Source of the DNA: a virus
Taxonomy: Duplodnaviria; Caudoviricetes
IMG/VR virus record: IMGVR_UViG_3300046819_000361
DNA: 64,000 nucleotides
Reading direction: 5' to 3' (one strand)
This document shows, piece after piece, positions 8,452-18,026 of this stretch (position 1 is the stretch's first letter; the number at the start of each line of letters is the position of its first letter). Position numbers and translations under genes: made by a program. The notes beneath the pieces were generated by a model that saw only the letters and a list, made by a program, of their open reading frames with translations, had not been told where the DNA came from and searched no databases.

Positions 8452-8651
8452 CATACCAACAACCAGCATTAGGTACATTAAATGCACGGTTAACCCCAGC
8501 AGATAAACCTACTGTTATCGTTAAAATGTTTAAGTTCGATAGCATTAGACAGGAAGCCTACTGGGTTACACAATACGTTAAACAGTTCAAGACCATTGAA
8601 CAAGCCAATAATTATATAAATCGAGTGATGGAGCAAAAAAATGATTTATAA
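8448..8651 (+). CDS. hypothetical early protein
   Basis: ATGA overlap with upstream ORF; GGAG RBS. Confidence 0.6.
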   Translation: MTYQQPALGTLNARLTPADKPTVIVKMFKFDSIRQEAYWVTQYVKQFKTIEQANNYINRVMEQKNDL

Positions 8652-8817
8652 AGACTTATTAAACCAACTTAACCAAATGTCGCAAGAAGACTTAAATAAA
8701 CCTGTGACTGTTCTTTTAGTTGAGGCTGGAGAGTTTTTGGGTGCATGGGGTGATCTTGTATATTCAGATGAATCTGACACATTAGAAGTCGGCACACCCT
8801 ATTTAATGATTGATTAA
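8641..8817 (+). CDS. small early protein (not in ORF track)
   Basis: 58 aa MIYKDLLNQLNQMSQEDLNKPVTV...; GGAGCAAA RBS. Confidence 0.6.
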   Translation: MIYKDLLNQLNQMSQEDLNKPVTVLLVEAGEFLGAWGDLVYSDESDTLEVGTPYLMID

Positions 8818-8828
8818 AGGAATAAAAC

Positions 8829-9074
8829 ATGAAACAGGAATATAGAGATTTATTAGCAAGAATTCAACGTCCAGCAATCAAAGCTGAATTAATCGCATAT
8901 GCTAGACAAGTAATCGAGAATGATGGTAACCTAACAGACGATTGGTTTTCATTCAATGATTGGATTGACATTAACGTATTTGATAACATCAATGCTACTG
9001 CTTACCCAGTAATATTAGGTGAACCATCAACAGAAAAAGGTATAAAGTTAATTGTTGACAATATAGACCAATAA
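8829..9074 (+). CDS. hypothetical early protein
   Basis: AAGGA RBS, 81 aa. Confidence 0.65.
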   Translation: MKQEYRDLLARIQRPAIKAELIAYARQVIENDGNLTDDWFSFNDWIDINVFDNINATAYPVILGEPSTEKGIKLIVDNIDQ

Positions 9075-9108
9075 CAGTATTATACAGTTTTTATCTGGAG
9101 CATAACCT

Positions 9109-9417
9109 ATGAAATACGAAACAATTAAAACCAAAATGAAAATTCATATTGATAATCAATTTGAACAACACGGCTTTGATCTTTCAACCCATGCTATTAG
9201 ATTATTTCTTGATAGAAAACCATTAGATTACTACAAAAAGAAAAAATACGCTAAAGAAGCGTGTTTTGAAATCATTGACAATTGGGATGTTCGCGCGGTA
9301 CCATCACTGTTCACAATGTTTCCAACCGTTTACCCATCAATGGTAGGAAAACCATTAGTCATCACCTATGATGAAAATGGTGAATGGGTAGTAGAAAAAG
9401 CAAAACAAACAGCTTGA
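9109..9417 (+). CDS. hypothetical early protein
   Basis: Promoter at 9055, GGAGCAT RBS. Confidence 0.7.
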   Translation: MKYETIKTKMKIHIDNQFEQHGFDLSTHAIRLFLDRKPLDYYKKKKYAKEACFEIIDNWDVRAVPSLFTMFPTVYPSMVGKPLVITYDENGEWVVEKAKQTA

Positions 9418-9473
9418 CATTGATTTGGGGTTATGTAATAATAGCCCCATCTTAACTCGATGGAGCAAAAATC

Positions 9474-9833
9474 ATGAAAGTATTCGTATATTTCAACCTA
9501 CACAAAAAATTGTTTAGTATCAAAGCAATGGAAGGTGAAAACAAAGGTAAGGTGATCGGTCACTCACCAGTGGTATTATTGGATGATGTAACCTTTAAAG
9601 TATCCGAAGCAGGTAGACAGCGTGTTATCAGAGAACGCAAAAAGAATGTTCATGCAGGTGTAATGGGACACCTTAACGCACAAGGCATAAGATTAGTAAT
9701 TGCGACCCGTGATCTAACAACCAAAGTAACTTATAACCCATACAAATATCAATCATTCGTTGAGGTTGAAACATCTGAGCCGGTATTGACTGCTAACAAT
9801 GCATTGTTAGTGAACAAACGAATTTATATTTGA
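9474..9833 (+). CDS. conserved phage hypothetical protein
   Basis: VYFNLHKKLFS...VSEAGRQRV..ERKKNVHAGV.G...VTYNPYK pattern resembles a widespread phage family. Confidence 0.75.
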   Translation: MKVFVYFNLHKKLFSIKAMEGENKGKVIGHSPVVLLDDVTFKVSEAGRQRVIRERKKNVHAGVMGHLNAQGIRLVIATRDLTTKVTYNPYKYQSFVEVETSEPVLTANNALLVNKRIYI

Positions 9834-9893
9834 TTGACATCATGCTGGGGTTATGTAATAATAACCCCATCTTAACACAGCGGAGCAAACGCA

Positions 9894-10103
9894 ATGACAC
9901 CAGAACAAACAAAACGTTTATTACAAGGGGCATCATTCCTATCGATTGAAGGTGAATTTTATCGAATAGACCTTTGTGATGAAACCGAATTTTATTACAC
10001 TGATGAAGACAGTGGTGAACAATATTGTGATACCTATGATAAGATTGATTTGTATAACCCAGAAGTTGAGATATACAAACTTGAAAAAATAAACATTAAG
10101 TAA
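9894..10103 (+). CDS. acidic hypothetical early protein
   Basis: Module promoter plus GGAGCAAA RBS. Confidence 0.7.
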   Translation: MTPEQTKRLLQGASFLSIEGEFYRIDLCDETEFYYTDEDSGEQYCDTYDKIDLYNPEVEIYKLEKINIK

Positions 10104-10162
10104 TTGACACCAGTTTGGGGTTATGTAATAATAACCCCATCTTAACATGATGGAGCAAAGCA

Positions 10163-10711
10163 ATGAACAAATACCATGTCAACCTGCAAGAAAAATTAGA
10201 TGATGAGTTTTTAGATAAAATGTGGTTTGAATGTGATGCTGATAATGCAGAACACGCCAAAGAACAAGCCACCAATGCTTATCCTGATTGCAAAATCAAT
10301 GCAGTTCAAACCAGTATCACATGGACAGAATTCGAGGAAAGATTCAAACCAATCAAGAACCATTTAGATGATAATGCCTCATTCGATGGTTATATGTTTG
10401 AAACATTTGATTCTGAGCTTGATGCAGTCAAACAGGCATATAGTGTCAATCGTGATACTGTTTGGACGGTTATGTGTGATTCAGGTAATGTCGATGTTTC
10501 TAGTGGGTTTTACTTTTGTAATCGTCTAGGTTACATTATCACAGAGATACCAGCAGATTGCACCATTGATGTTATCAATGACGATTATAACGAAATTACA
10601 GAGTTCTACGATTACGAATGTCCATCATGTAATAGTTACATCAATGGTGACCCAAAAGTTGGTGATTCATGCTCGTGTGGCTTTGTATTCACAATGGAAG
10701 ATTACGATTAG
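10163..10711 (+). CDS. hypothetical early protein with C-terminal Zn ribbon
   Basis: Module promoter plus RBS; CPSC...CSCG. Confidence 0.75.
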   Translation: MNKYHVNLQEKLDDEFLDKMWFECDADNAEHAKEQATNAYPDCKINAVQTSITWTEFEERFKPIKNHLDDNASFDGYMFETFDSELDAVKQAYSVNRDTVWTVMCDSGNVDVSSGFYFCNRLGYIITEIPADCTIDVINDDYNEITEFYDYECPSCNSYINGDPKVGDSCSCGFVFTMEDYD

Positions 10712-10774
10712 TAGTTGACAGCATTTTGGGGTTATGTAATAATAACCCCATCTTAACACAGCGGAGAAAATACA

Positions 10775-10912
10775 ATGTCAGAAAAAATGATTGAATATCT
10801 AATTGAATTAGCTAAAAACAACGATGATTCAGAAACACTTGATGACTATGCACAAGGTCAAGTTGATTTAGCTAAACATATCTTGTATGATATGGATATT
10901 GAAGTCGAATAA
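10775..10912 (+). CDS. small early protein (not in ORF track)
   Basis: 45 aa between modules 10715 and 10917; GGAGAA RBS. Confidence 0.55.
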   Translation: MSEKMIEYLIELAKNNDDSETLDDYAQGQVDLAKHILYDMDIEVE

Positions 10913-10976
10913 GCACTTGACAGCATTCTGGGGTTATGTAATAATAGCCCCATCTTAACACACCGGAGCGAACACC

Positions 10977-11141
10977 ATGACACCTATTACAATTGAACAA
11001 AAACGTGATGCAGTTATCAACGACACATTCGATACTTGTTTAAATGATAGTGGTTATTTATTATCAGTTATTCAGGATTTGTACCGTGATAAATCCGATG
11101 AAGAAATCGAACGAGCTTATAACGATGCTTTCGATTTTTAA
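10977..11141 (+). CDS. small early protein (not in ORF track)
   Basis: 54 aa between modules 10917 and 11142. Confidence 0.6.
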   Translation: MTPITIEQKRDAVINDTFDTCLNDSGYLLSVIQDLYRDKSDEEIERAYNDAFDF

Positions 11142-11199
11142 TTGACATAAACAATGGGCTATGAAATAATAACCCCATCTTAACACAACGGAGCAAACC

Positions 11200-11364
11200 A
11201 TGACATCTTACAAAGTAACTTATACCATTGACGTTGATGCTGAAAGTGCATTAGATGCAGCATTGGAAGTTGAAGAATACTTAAAAAACCCATCCAGCAG
11301 ACCTTACTTAACAGTATCATCATCAACTGAAACTGTTGATATTGATTTAGAAGATCTAGTCTAG
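11200..11364 (+). CDS. small early protein (not in ORF track)
   Basis: 54 aa MTSYKVTYTIDVDAESALDAA... between modules 11142 and 11365. Confidence 0.6.
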   Translation: MTSYKVTYTIDVDAESALDAALEVEEYLKNPSSRPYLTVSSSTETVDIDLEDLV

Positions 11365-11426
11365 TTGACAAATCATTAATGAGCCATTATAATGATGGCT
11401 CTTTTCAAACATTCGGAGCAAACGAT

Positions 11427-11972
11427 ATGCCAAATTGGTGTCAAAACACAGTAACATTCACCCACAACGATGCTACACAATTAAACAGATTGGTGGAAGC
11501 TGGTAATTCAGGAAAGCTATTTAATGAGTTCGTACCAGTGCCTAAAGCATTGTTCAAGATCATCAATACCAGACTTGGCGATAAACGCAGATTTAGACGG
11601 TCATTACGCATTACAACCCGTAATGAAAAGAAGTATAGCTATGCTAGTGCTTATTACTTTTGCAAAGCAAATTGGGGTACAAAGTGGGATGCTGATTGCT
11701 TCACGTTATATGATAGCGGTGTAGGTCATGTCAGAGTCGGATTTAATACCGCTAATACACCACCAATTGAATTCTATAATCAAATGGTTGAGCTTGGCTT
11801 TGGTGTCGATGCCTTTTATTATGAAGGTGGCAATTGCTATTGTGGTGAGTATTGTGATGGCTCATACACTGATTACGAATGGGATGACCTAGAATCAGCT
11901 AAAGCTAACATTCCCGACTATATCGATGAAGAATTCGCCATTACCGAGAACATGGAAGAATACGAAGAATAG
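11427..11972 (+). CDS. DUF1281/YubB-like ferredoxin-fold phage protein
   Basis: MPNWCQN start after GGAGCAAA; NWGTKWD, F.TANTPP, YYEGG..YCG motifs. Confidence 0.7.
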   Translation: MPNWCQNTVTFTHNDATQLNRLVEAGNSGKLFNEFVPVPKALFKIINTRLGDKRRFRRSLRITTRNEKKYSYASAYYFCKANWGTKWDADCFTLYDSGVGHVRVGFNTANTPPIEFYNQMVELGFGVDAFYYEGGNCYCGEYCDGSYTDYEWDDLESAKANIPDYIDEEFAITENMEEYEE

Positions 11973-12034
11973 TTGACAATTACATCAAGAGCCATTATAA
12001 TGATGGCTCTTTTAACGCATCTGGAGCAAATCAA

Positions 12035-12235
12035 ATGGCTAGAATTGAAATCGAATACCAGTATAACGAATCAGCACCTAATGAGCAAGTCGCGGAAGAA
12101 CGCAATGACCATGCGATTGAACGTATTGCAAACGCTTTAGAAATGGGGCTTGTTCAAGGCGAATTGAATTATTATGATTCTGATTCTGACATTGATTATC
12201 ATGGTTGGTATTCAATAGTTCACTTCGTCGATTAG
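12035..12235 (+). CDS. hypothetical early protein
   Basis: Module plus GGAGCAAAT RBS. Confidence 0.7.
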   Translation: MARIEIEYQYNESAPNEQVAEERNDHAIERIANALEMGLVQGELNYYDSDSDIDYHGWYSIVHFVD

Positions 12236-12293
12236 ACTTGATAGGCACATAATGCTAGCTGTATTGTGTGCCATTACTCATGCAGGTAAACAC

Positions 12294-12476
12294 ATGGCAA
12301 CTATACTAGCAGTTATTCTAATTTTAGCAATCCTTTGGCTAGTGCTGGAAATATCAATCATTCTAATGATTGGCTTATTCATTGTGGCAGCGTTTGGTAG
12401 TCATACCGAAGCTGGCAATCTAATTGGTTTTATTGGCTTGATAATCGCTGGTTATGCAATGGTAGGCGAAGCATGA
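12294..12476 (+). CDS. small membrane protein
   Basis: Two hydrophobic segments; AGGT RBS before ATG 12294. Confidence 0.55.
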   Translation: MATILAVILILAILWLVLEISIILMIGLFIVAAFGSHTEAGNLIGFIGLIIAGYAMVGEA

Positions 12477-12715
12477 AATATGATGATTTATACACCAACG
12501 CAAAGAATACCAAACCAGTTTATAACATCAAAAAACATATTGTAGTTGATTCTAAAGTGGTTTATAATACAGGCAAACCACCATACGAAACCACGGTTAT
12601 ATTTTATGTAATGGCGGCTTTTATTTTACTATGTGCATTGCATAACGCAATATCAATAGTATTAACAATTTACAATGGTATTTTAGATTTATTTGGAGCA
12701 GATGATGACTATTGA
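12473..12715 (+). CDS. hypothetical membrane protein
   Basis: ATGA overlap; one hydrophobic segment. Confidence 0.55.
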   Translation: MKYDDLYTNAKNTKPVYNIKKHIVVDSKVVYNTGKPPYETTVIFYVMAAFILLCALHNAISIVLTIYNGILDLFGADDDY

Positions 12716-12893
12716 TGATGTAATACAAGCAAAAACAAATCTAGGTAAGGTTATCAATTCCTTGGAAAACTTCAACCATATAGCCGAGATTGATGTACAA
12801 TTAGGAATCCCGACCAAAGTTAAACTGTTTGAGTTATATCGCCTATGTCAAGAATTCAGTGTTGAATTCGAGCGAATCGTACCAGATGAATAA
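12702..12893 (+). CDS. hypothetical early protein
   Basis: GGAGCAG RBS before ATG 12702. Confidence 0.6.
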   Translation: MMTIDDVIQAKTNLGKVINSLENFNHIAEIDVQLGIPTKVKLFELYRLCQEFSVEFERIVPDE

Positions 12894-12953
12894 AAGTTGA
12901 CAAGCAGTAATGCTAGCTGTATCATAGGCACAAATCAACATTGGAGCATATCA

Positions 12954-13103
12954 ATGCCAAATGGAAAAACAGCACGATATATTGTAAAAGTATGGGATGG
13001 TTATACTAATAGTTCCTTTGAAAGAATCGCTACTTATGATTATTTGGCTAATGTGTGCCGTGCTTATCCACCAAGTTATATTTGGAGCATAGAACCAGCT
13101 TGA
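12954..13103 (+). CDS. small early protein
   Basis: Start moved to the ATG after GGAGCAT; TGA stop inside the next TTGACA. Confidence 0.6.
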   Translation: MPNGKTARYIVKVWDGYTNSSFERIATYDYLANVCRAYPPSYIWSIEPA

Positions 13104-13155
13104 CAAGCAATAATGCTAGCTGTATCATAGGCACACATCAACACCGGAGCATCAC

Positions 13156-13392
13156 ATGTCAATAACAGAATTAAGAAAAGAGTTGAAAGCCATTGGTTTT
13201 AAAGTTAAACTGACCAGCATGAGTTGGGGCAGAGCCGCAACCTATACTGATATGGACGGCAACCAACGACCAATGATATTTTTTTGTGATGAAAAGATAA
13301 AAGCATGGCGGCCATTAACTCATTACATAAACGACAACCATGAAAGATTACGATCATTGGCTAATAGTGAAAAAATCACTGGCTTAATTTAG
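13156..13392 (+). CDS. hypothetical early protein
   Basis: Module plus ACCGGAGCAT RBS. Confidence 0.7.
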   Translation: MSITELRKELKAIGFKVKLTSMSWGRAATYTDMDGNQRPMIFFCDEKIKAWRPLTHYINDNHERLRSLANSEKITGLI

Positions 13393-13401
13393 GAGCGAAT
13401 T

Positions 13402-13725
13402 ATGTTATATGCATTTAGAATAGTTCAAGAAGACAACACCATTTCACATCATGGCATGGTTACAGCGAATTCCAATTATGATTTGTTTTGGATGATTGAT
13501 CAGTTTGTTGATCCTTATGCAGTAGAAGTTAAGAAGATCACCGGATTAACTGGTTTTTGTTCTCGCACACAGGAATTGATTGACGATGATGGTGATATGA
13601 CAACCCCTATCCCACACGAAGAAGGCGCAGATCTTGAATTCGCGGAGGAATTCACTAACACAATTAGTGAGTCAGATGGATGGTACAGACCAAAATGGAC
13701 TAAAAAACAAATAATTGGTTATTGA
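13402..13725 (+). CDS. hypothetical early protein
   Basis: AGGAGCG RBS. Confidence 0.7.
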   Translation: MLYAFRIVQEDNTISHHGMVTANSNYDLFWMIDQFVDPYAVEVKKITGLTGFCSRTQELIDDDGDMTTPIPHEEGADLEFAEEFTNTISESDGWYRPKWTKKQIIGY

Positions 13726-14136
13726 CACTGCCCTGCCCTACTGCGATAATAAACCACCTTAACAAACCGGAGCAAAAACAATGTATGACCGTTATTTGAT
13801 TTATGTGGCACAAGCCGAGGCATTAGGATGGTATGTTTTACCTTTCGATGAGTGGCTAAACAGTTAAAAAAGATTTGACAGGTTTAACATGAGTCGCTAT
13901 TATAGTGGCTCATTCAAACAACACCGGAGCAAATCAAATGAAAAAATTTAAACTGGATGGTTTAACAGGATACATTGACCAAAACAATTTTATTCGCTGG
14001 TCTACTATCAGTTGCCATTTTGACTCATTAGCTGATTGTCCGCTAAAAAAAGCAGCAGCTAAAGCAAAATAAAGTTTGACAATAGTTTAGGATGGTGCGA
14101 GAATAGCACCATCTTAACAAATTGATGGAGCAAATC

Positions 14137-14397
14137 ATGGGAATGTATAAAGATAAAACTGGTGTTGTTGGCGAGTTTCAAGAGAAAGAATTCAAACAGC
14201 ATTTTGAATTCAAACAGACTGAGCCGGATTCTTGGGGGGATTTATTTGGTTTCCCATACCGTGTAGCAGTCGGCCCACTAGGGGAAACCAGATATGCAAA
14301 AATTTCAAAAACTGTTGCTTATGTGGTTGTCGATCAAGATGATAATGGTGATCCAGTTTTAGAAAAATGGCAAATCAAACTACTTTGGAAAAAATAG
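14137..14397 (+). CDS. hypothetical early protein
   Basis: Start moved to the ATG after GGAGCAAAT. Confidence 0.7.
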   Translation: MGMYKDKTGVVGEFQEKEFKQHFEFKQTEPDSWGDLFGFPYRVAVGPLGETRYAKISKTVAYVVVDQDDNGDPVLEKWQIKLLWKK

Positions 14398-14459
14398 TTT
14401 GACAATCGCTTAAAGAGCCGTTAATATAGCGGCTCATTCAAACATTACCGGAGCAAGTC

Positions 14460-14885
14460 ATGGATAGAATAATCAACCACTTTCAAGCTGATTTCAAACA
14501 AGTTTTCCCTAATAGTCCAACTGGTGTGACTAATTCAGTTTTTGGACTATCAACCAGATTTATTAGCTTTACACTAGCACAAAAAAAGGATTATCCAAAC
14601 GGCATTATTAACAATGATCCGTTGCATACATCATTTAGTTTAACAGTAAATGCTGATGGTTCATATACTGTTGAACATACACAAGGTGCTTTATATGTCA
14701 ACCCACGAGAACGATTCATTGCCATGAGTTCTATCAAGACCAGATTAACTAAAAAAACTGGCAATGAAGATCAGGTAATAAAGCACTTGACAAAATGGAT
14801 TAACAAAGTAAAATCTATCGTCGTAGAAAATAAGAATGACATTTACGGTGGTTTGGAAAAATACCAAAAATACATCGTCGAATAA
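14460..14885 (+). CDS. hypothetical early protein
   Basis: Module plus ACCGGAGCAA RBS. Confidence 0.75.
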   Translation: MDRIINHFQADFKQVFPNSPTGVTNSVFGLSTRFISFTLAQKKDYPNGIINNDPLHTSFSLTVNADGSYTVEHTQGALYVNPRERFIAMSSIKTRLTKKTGNEDQVIKHLTKWINKVKSIVVENKNDIYGGLEKYQKYIVE

Positions 14886-14951
14886 AACTTGACAATAGTT
14901 TAAAGAGCCGTTAATATAGCGGCTCAATCAAACAATAATGGAGCAATAAAA

Positions 14952-15263
14952 ATGAACACAGTTTATACCAATGGTTATTATGGTCATAAAATGGAAACAA
15001 AAATTGACCTAGATAATAGCAGATTAGTTACCATTTCAACTATGAAAAGAAGTAGCGGGTTATTAGTAACCTTTGCCAGTGTCGGTACTAGAAACGGTGA
15101 TTTTATTAGTAGCATCATGTTTCAAGATTTTACTAAAAATCTTGCGTCACAAAAAATTCGTGTAACTGAAAAAGCAGTTAGACTACAACACCAACAAGCC
15201 TTGGACGGTATCGAATCGCTATTGGCTGAGATTGAAGACTTTTACAGTAAAGAAACAGCATAA
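14952..15263 (+). CDS. hypothetical early protein
   Basis: Module plus GGAGCAA RBS. Confidence 0.75.
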   Translation: MNTVYTNGYYGHKMETKIDLDNSRLVTISTMKRSSGLLVTFASVGTRNGDFISSIMFQDFTKNLASQKIRVTEKAVRLQHQQALDGIESLLAEIEDFYSKETA

Positions 15264-15330
15264 AAAGCTTGACAGGTGCAATTATAGTGAATTATAATTG
15301 CACCATCTTAACAACACCGGAGCAAAAACC

Positions 15331-15651
15331 ATGTCGGTATCAGAGCAAAACATTCAAGATTATTTAACCCATATCGGCAACAAATACGCTGAGTTCCATG
15401 ATCGCATGGGCTTCACTTCCGAAGCAAACCGAGTTCAAAAATTCCGTGATTATTTGCGTACCACCGATGGCAAATCATACATCAAAGTAATTAAGGAAGG
15501 ATCGGTTCACAGTTTCATCGTAAAAGCCGATAATGGCAAATTCAAAGCCGGTGACGTGCTAAAAGCCGCCAGCTTTAACGCACCAGCTAAAAACTTCAAG
15601 CGTGGTAATGTGGTCACCGGTGATCTGGATAACATCGATTGGTCAATGTAA
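15331..15651 (+). CDS. conserved phage hypothetical protein
   Basis: SVHSFI...GDVLKAASFNAPAKN..RGNV motif; start after ACCGGAGCAAA. Confidence 0.75.
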   Translation: MSVSEQNIQDYLTHIGNKYAEFHDRMGFTSEANRVQKFRDYLRTTDGKSYIKVIKEGSVHSFIVKADNGKFKAGDVLKAASFNAPAKNFKRGNVVTGDLDNIDWSM

Positions 15652-15719
15652 AAAAAGACTTGACAGGTGCATGATGCTAGCTGTATCATGCACCTTTCTT
15701 ACATGACGGAGCAAATAAT

Positions 15720-15992
15720 ATGTGGTGGTGTACTTCATCAGGTGGCATTGAGTTAAACATTACTTTAAACAATGCAAAAAAATGCTTTCACTCAGGTGAT
15801 TGTGAATTGGATGTAATCGAGTTATCCAAAAAAGCATCAATCAAAAAACAAACCAAATTGATTGATAAAGAGCTATTAATTAAAGAGTTATCCGAGTATG
15901 GTGCATGGAATAACGAAGAGTTACAAGACCACGAACAAAATATAATTAGATTGTTATGGCTTGCCACTGCTGATATAGCAGAAAATAATTAA
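15720..15992 (+). CDS. hypothetical early protein
   Basis: Module plus GGAGCAAAT RBS. Confidence 0.7.
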   Translation: MWWCTSSGGIELNITLNNAKKCFHSGDCELDVIELSKKASIKKQTKLIDKELLIKELSEYGAWNNEELQDHEQNIIRLLWLATADIAENN

Positions 15993-16056
15993 TCACTTGA
16001 CAGGTGCATGATGCTAGCTGTATCATGTGCCTTTCTTAACATGATGGAGCAAAACA

Positions 16057-16371
16057 ATGGTTGATTTAATCGCAAAAACCGGACACGTTTGGGTAAAATG
16101 CAAAAAATGCGATTGCGATTTTCAAGCTAGAATAGCTGATCGCAATCGTGGCTGGGGGAAGTTTTGTTCAAAATCATGTAAAGCTAAAGAGCAGGAAAAC
16201 CGCACTGGCCAATATCGTGCATACGCATCAAGACAGGTTCAAAAAATCAACGGCAGTACAATCAGCCGTGAATTAGCTAAAAAATCTAAAGACCTAGTTG
16301 AAGTTTATGATGATGGCAGTTTTACTTATATCAATCATTTTGGTGGCTGGGATGACCATAAATTTGATTGA
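16057..16371 (+). CDS. zinc-finger early protein
   Basis: CKKC...RGWGKFCSKSCKA. Confidence 0.7.
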   Translation: MVDLIAKTGHVWVKCKKCDCDFQARIADRNRGWGKFCSKSCKAKEQENRTGQYRAYASRQVQKINGSTISRELAKKSKDLVEVYDDGSFTYINHFGGWDDHKFD

Positions 16372-16428
16372 CAGATTAAATAATAGCCGCTAATATAGCC
16401 GCTCTTTTAACAACACCGGAGTAAAAAA

Positions 16429-16734
16429 ATGGCATTAACACCATTAACCGAACGCCAAAAAACCTTGATCGTGAACAACGTGGTGAAGGCTGTTAAGGAT
16501 ATTACAAAGCTTAACAAAACAGGATATAACTTCCTATATCTTGCCAGTGGTTTTATCGCCTATCATAACCTGTATGGATTTATCGAGCATTTTAAAGATT
16601 ATGACTTAAAGCGCGATATTTTGGCCAACCATCGCCAAAACCAATGGCTTAATTTTCGCCTAGGCGATAATGATTATGACTATTACAAGTCAAAAGCCGA
16701 TGTTTATAATCGTATTGTGGAAGCGATAAAATAA
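16429..16734 (+). CDS. hypothetical early protein
   Basis: Module plus ACCGGAGTA RBS. Confidence 0.7.
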   Translation: MALTPLTERQKTLIVNNVVKAVKDITKLNKTGYNFLYLASGFIAYHNLYGFIEHFKDYDLKRDILANHRQNQWLNFRLGDNDYDYYKSKADVYNRIVEAIK

Positions 16735-17243
16735 TTTGACACGAGCGGCTAATTTGGATTATATTAGCCGCTCTTTTAACAACACCGGAGCAAAAAAATG
16801 GATGCCCACGTTAAAGCCTTTTATGATGATATAGAGGCAAATTATGACGAGATTCAAGCAAAAGCTATGCGGGAAGCCGAAGACCGCTGGCTTGATGCTG
16901 GATGCCCTAGTAACGGGTTCGATGAGTTTGGCGATTAAATAATTTGACACGAGCGGCTAATTTGGATTATATTAGCCGCTCATTCATTCACACATTACCA
17001 TAAAGAGGTTTTATGTCTATAACACGGGGCGACTTGTTAGATAAAGGCGGGATTGAAGTTTCTAACTCATGGGATATTATCCTAGACGGTGTACGATGGA
17101 TTGAAAAACCATCCGATAATGGCAATGGTTGGTATGCAGGTTCGTCGGATAATACCGACAACCTAATTTACATCAAGGCTTGATTTTAAAATAAGAGCGG
17201 TTTATAATAGCCGCTCTTTTAACAACAACACCGGAGCAAAATC

Positions 17244-17432
17244 ATGATTGAAATAAAAAAAGGCGTTTCAAAAACGACCTTCCCTATCGATAAAATCGCG
17301 GCGGTAGCGCTACAATTAGCTGGTGGCGGCTATACAGTCGCACAAACAGCTAAAGCTATGGAAATCCAAGCTGATTTGAAAGCTGGAAAAACTGTAAAAG
17401 CCAAAGGCTTTACAGTTAAAATTATCGATTGA
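17244..17432 (+). CDS. small early protein
   Basis: Module plus ACCGGAGCAAA RBS. Confidence 0.65.
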   Translation: MIEIKKGVSKTTFPIDKIAAVALQLAGGGYTVAQTAKAMEIQADLKAGKTVKAKGFTVKIID

Positions 17433-17488
17433 TTTTAAAATAAGAGCGGTTTATAATAGCCGCTCTTTTAATAAAACCGGAGCAAACC

Positions 17489-17653
17489 ATGTTTGATTAC
17501 GACGTTACTGACGACCCTTATTATGACCCAGCACCAGATGAGCCAGAGGGCGATTTTGATGACGATGGTACTTGCAATGCCTGTGATGGTACAGGCGAAG
17601 GCCATAATGATTATACATCATGCGGCTCATGCGGTGGCTCAGGCCACCGCTAA
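17489..17653 (+). CDS. small acidic protein with DnaJ-type CxxCxGxG zinc finger (not in ORF track)
   Basis: CNACDGTG...CGSCGGSG; ACCGGAGCAAA RBS. Confidence 0.6.
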   Translation: MFDYDVTDDPYYDPAPDEPEGDFDDDGTCNACDGTGEGHNDYTSCGSCGGSGHR

Positions 17654-17677
17654 TTATTGCTAGCTGTATTAGCGCCA

Positions 17678-17817
17678 CTATATCCGGTGGCGTTAATACA
17701 TCAGGTGCATATTATGCTAGCTGTGATTATCATCCAGCGCTTGATTATGCGATATTATACGCTATATCCGGTGGCGTTAATACATCAGGTGCATATTATG
17801 CTAGCTGTGATAATCAT
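17678..17817 (+). repeat. 56-bp direct repeat x2 (period 84) with TGCTAGCTGT motifs
   Basis: CTATATCCGGTGGCGTTAATACATCAGGTGCATATTATGCTAGCTGTGATWATCAT at 17678 and 17762. Confidence 0.9.
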
Positions 17818-17858
17818 ATAGTGCTATTATAAGCGCTCACATAACAAAGGATTACATT

Positions 17859-18026
17859 ATGACCACGTTACAATTATTGCAAAAAGCTAACGAGTTAAAC
17901 ATCATGATTAACGAGTTATTATCATTACCAGATGATACACTACTGGGATTATTAGATAATCCTAATGCGGCTATTTCAAGCGATTTGCGGCTCTTGATTG
18001 AAAACCGTTTAGGCTGGATAAAATAA
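17859..18026 (+). CDS. small early protein (not in ORF track)
   Basis: 55 aa, AAGGA RBS. Confidence 0.55.
   Translation: MTTLQLLQKANELNIMINELLSLPDDTLLGLLDNPNAAISSDLRLLIENRLGWIK

Noticed and set aside
16400-17475. boxA-like GCTCTTTTAA(C) in several array modules
   Set aside because: It overlaps the hairpin arm and predicted TSS and has an extra T, so it is probably not fully transcribed from its own promoter. Only the 18630 copy is called.
17620-17832. 70-aa ORF with an internal repeat
   Set aside because: It merely translates the 56-bp DNA duplication, overlaps the zinc-finger ORF and lacks an RBS.
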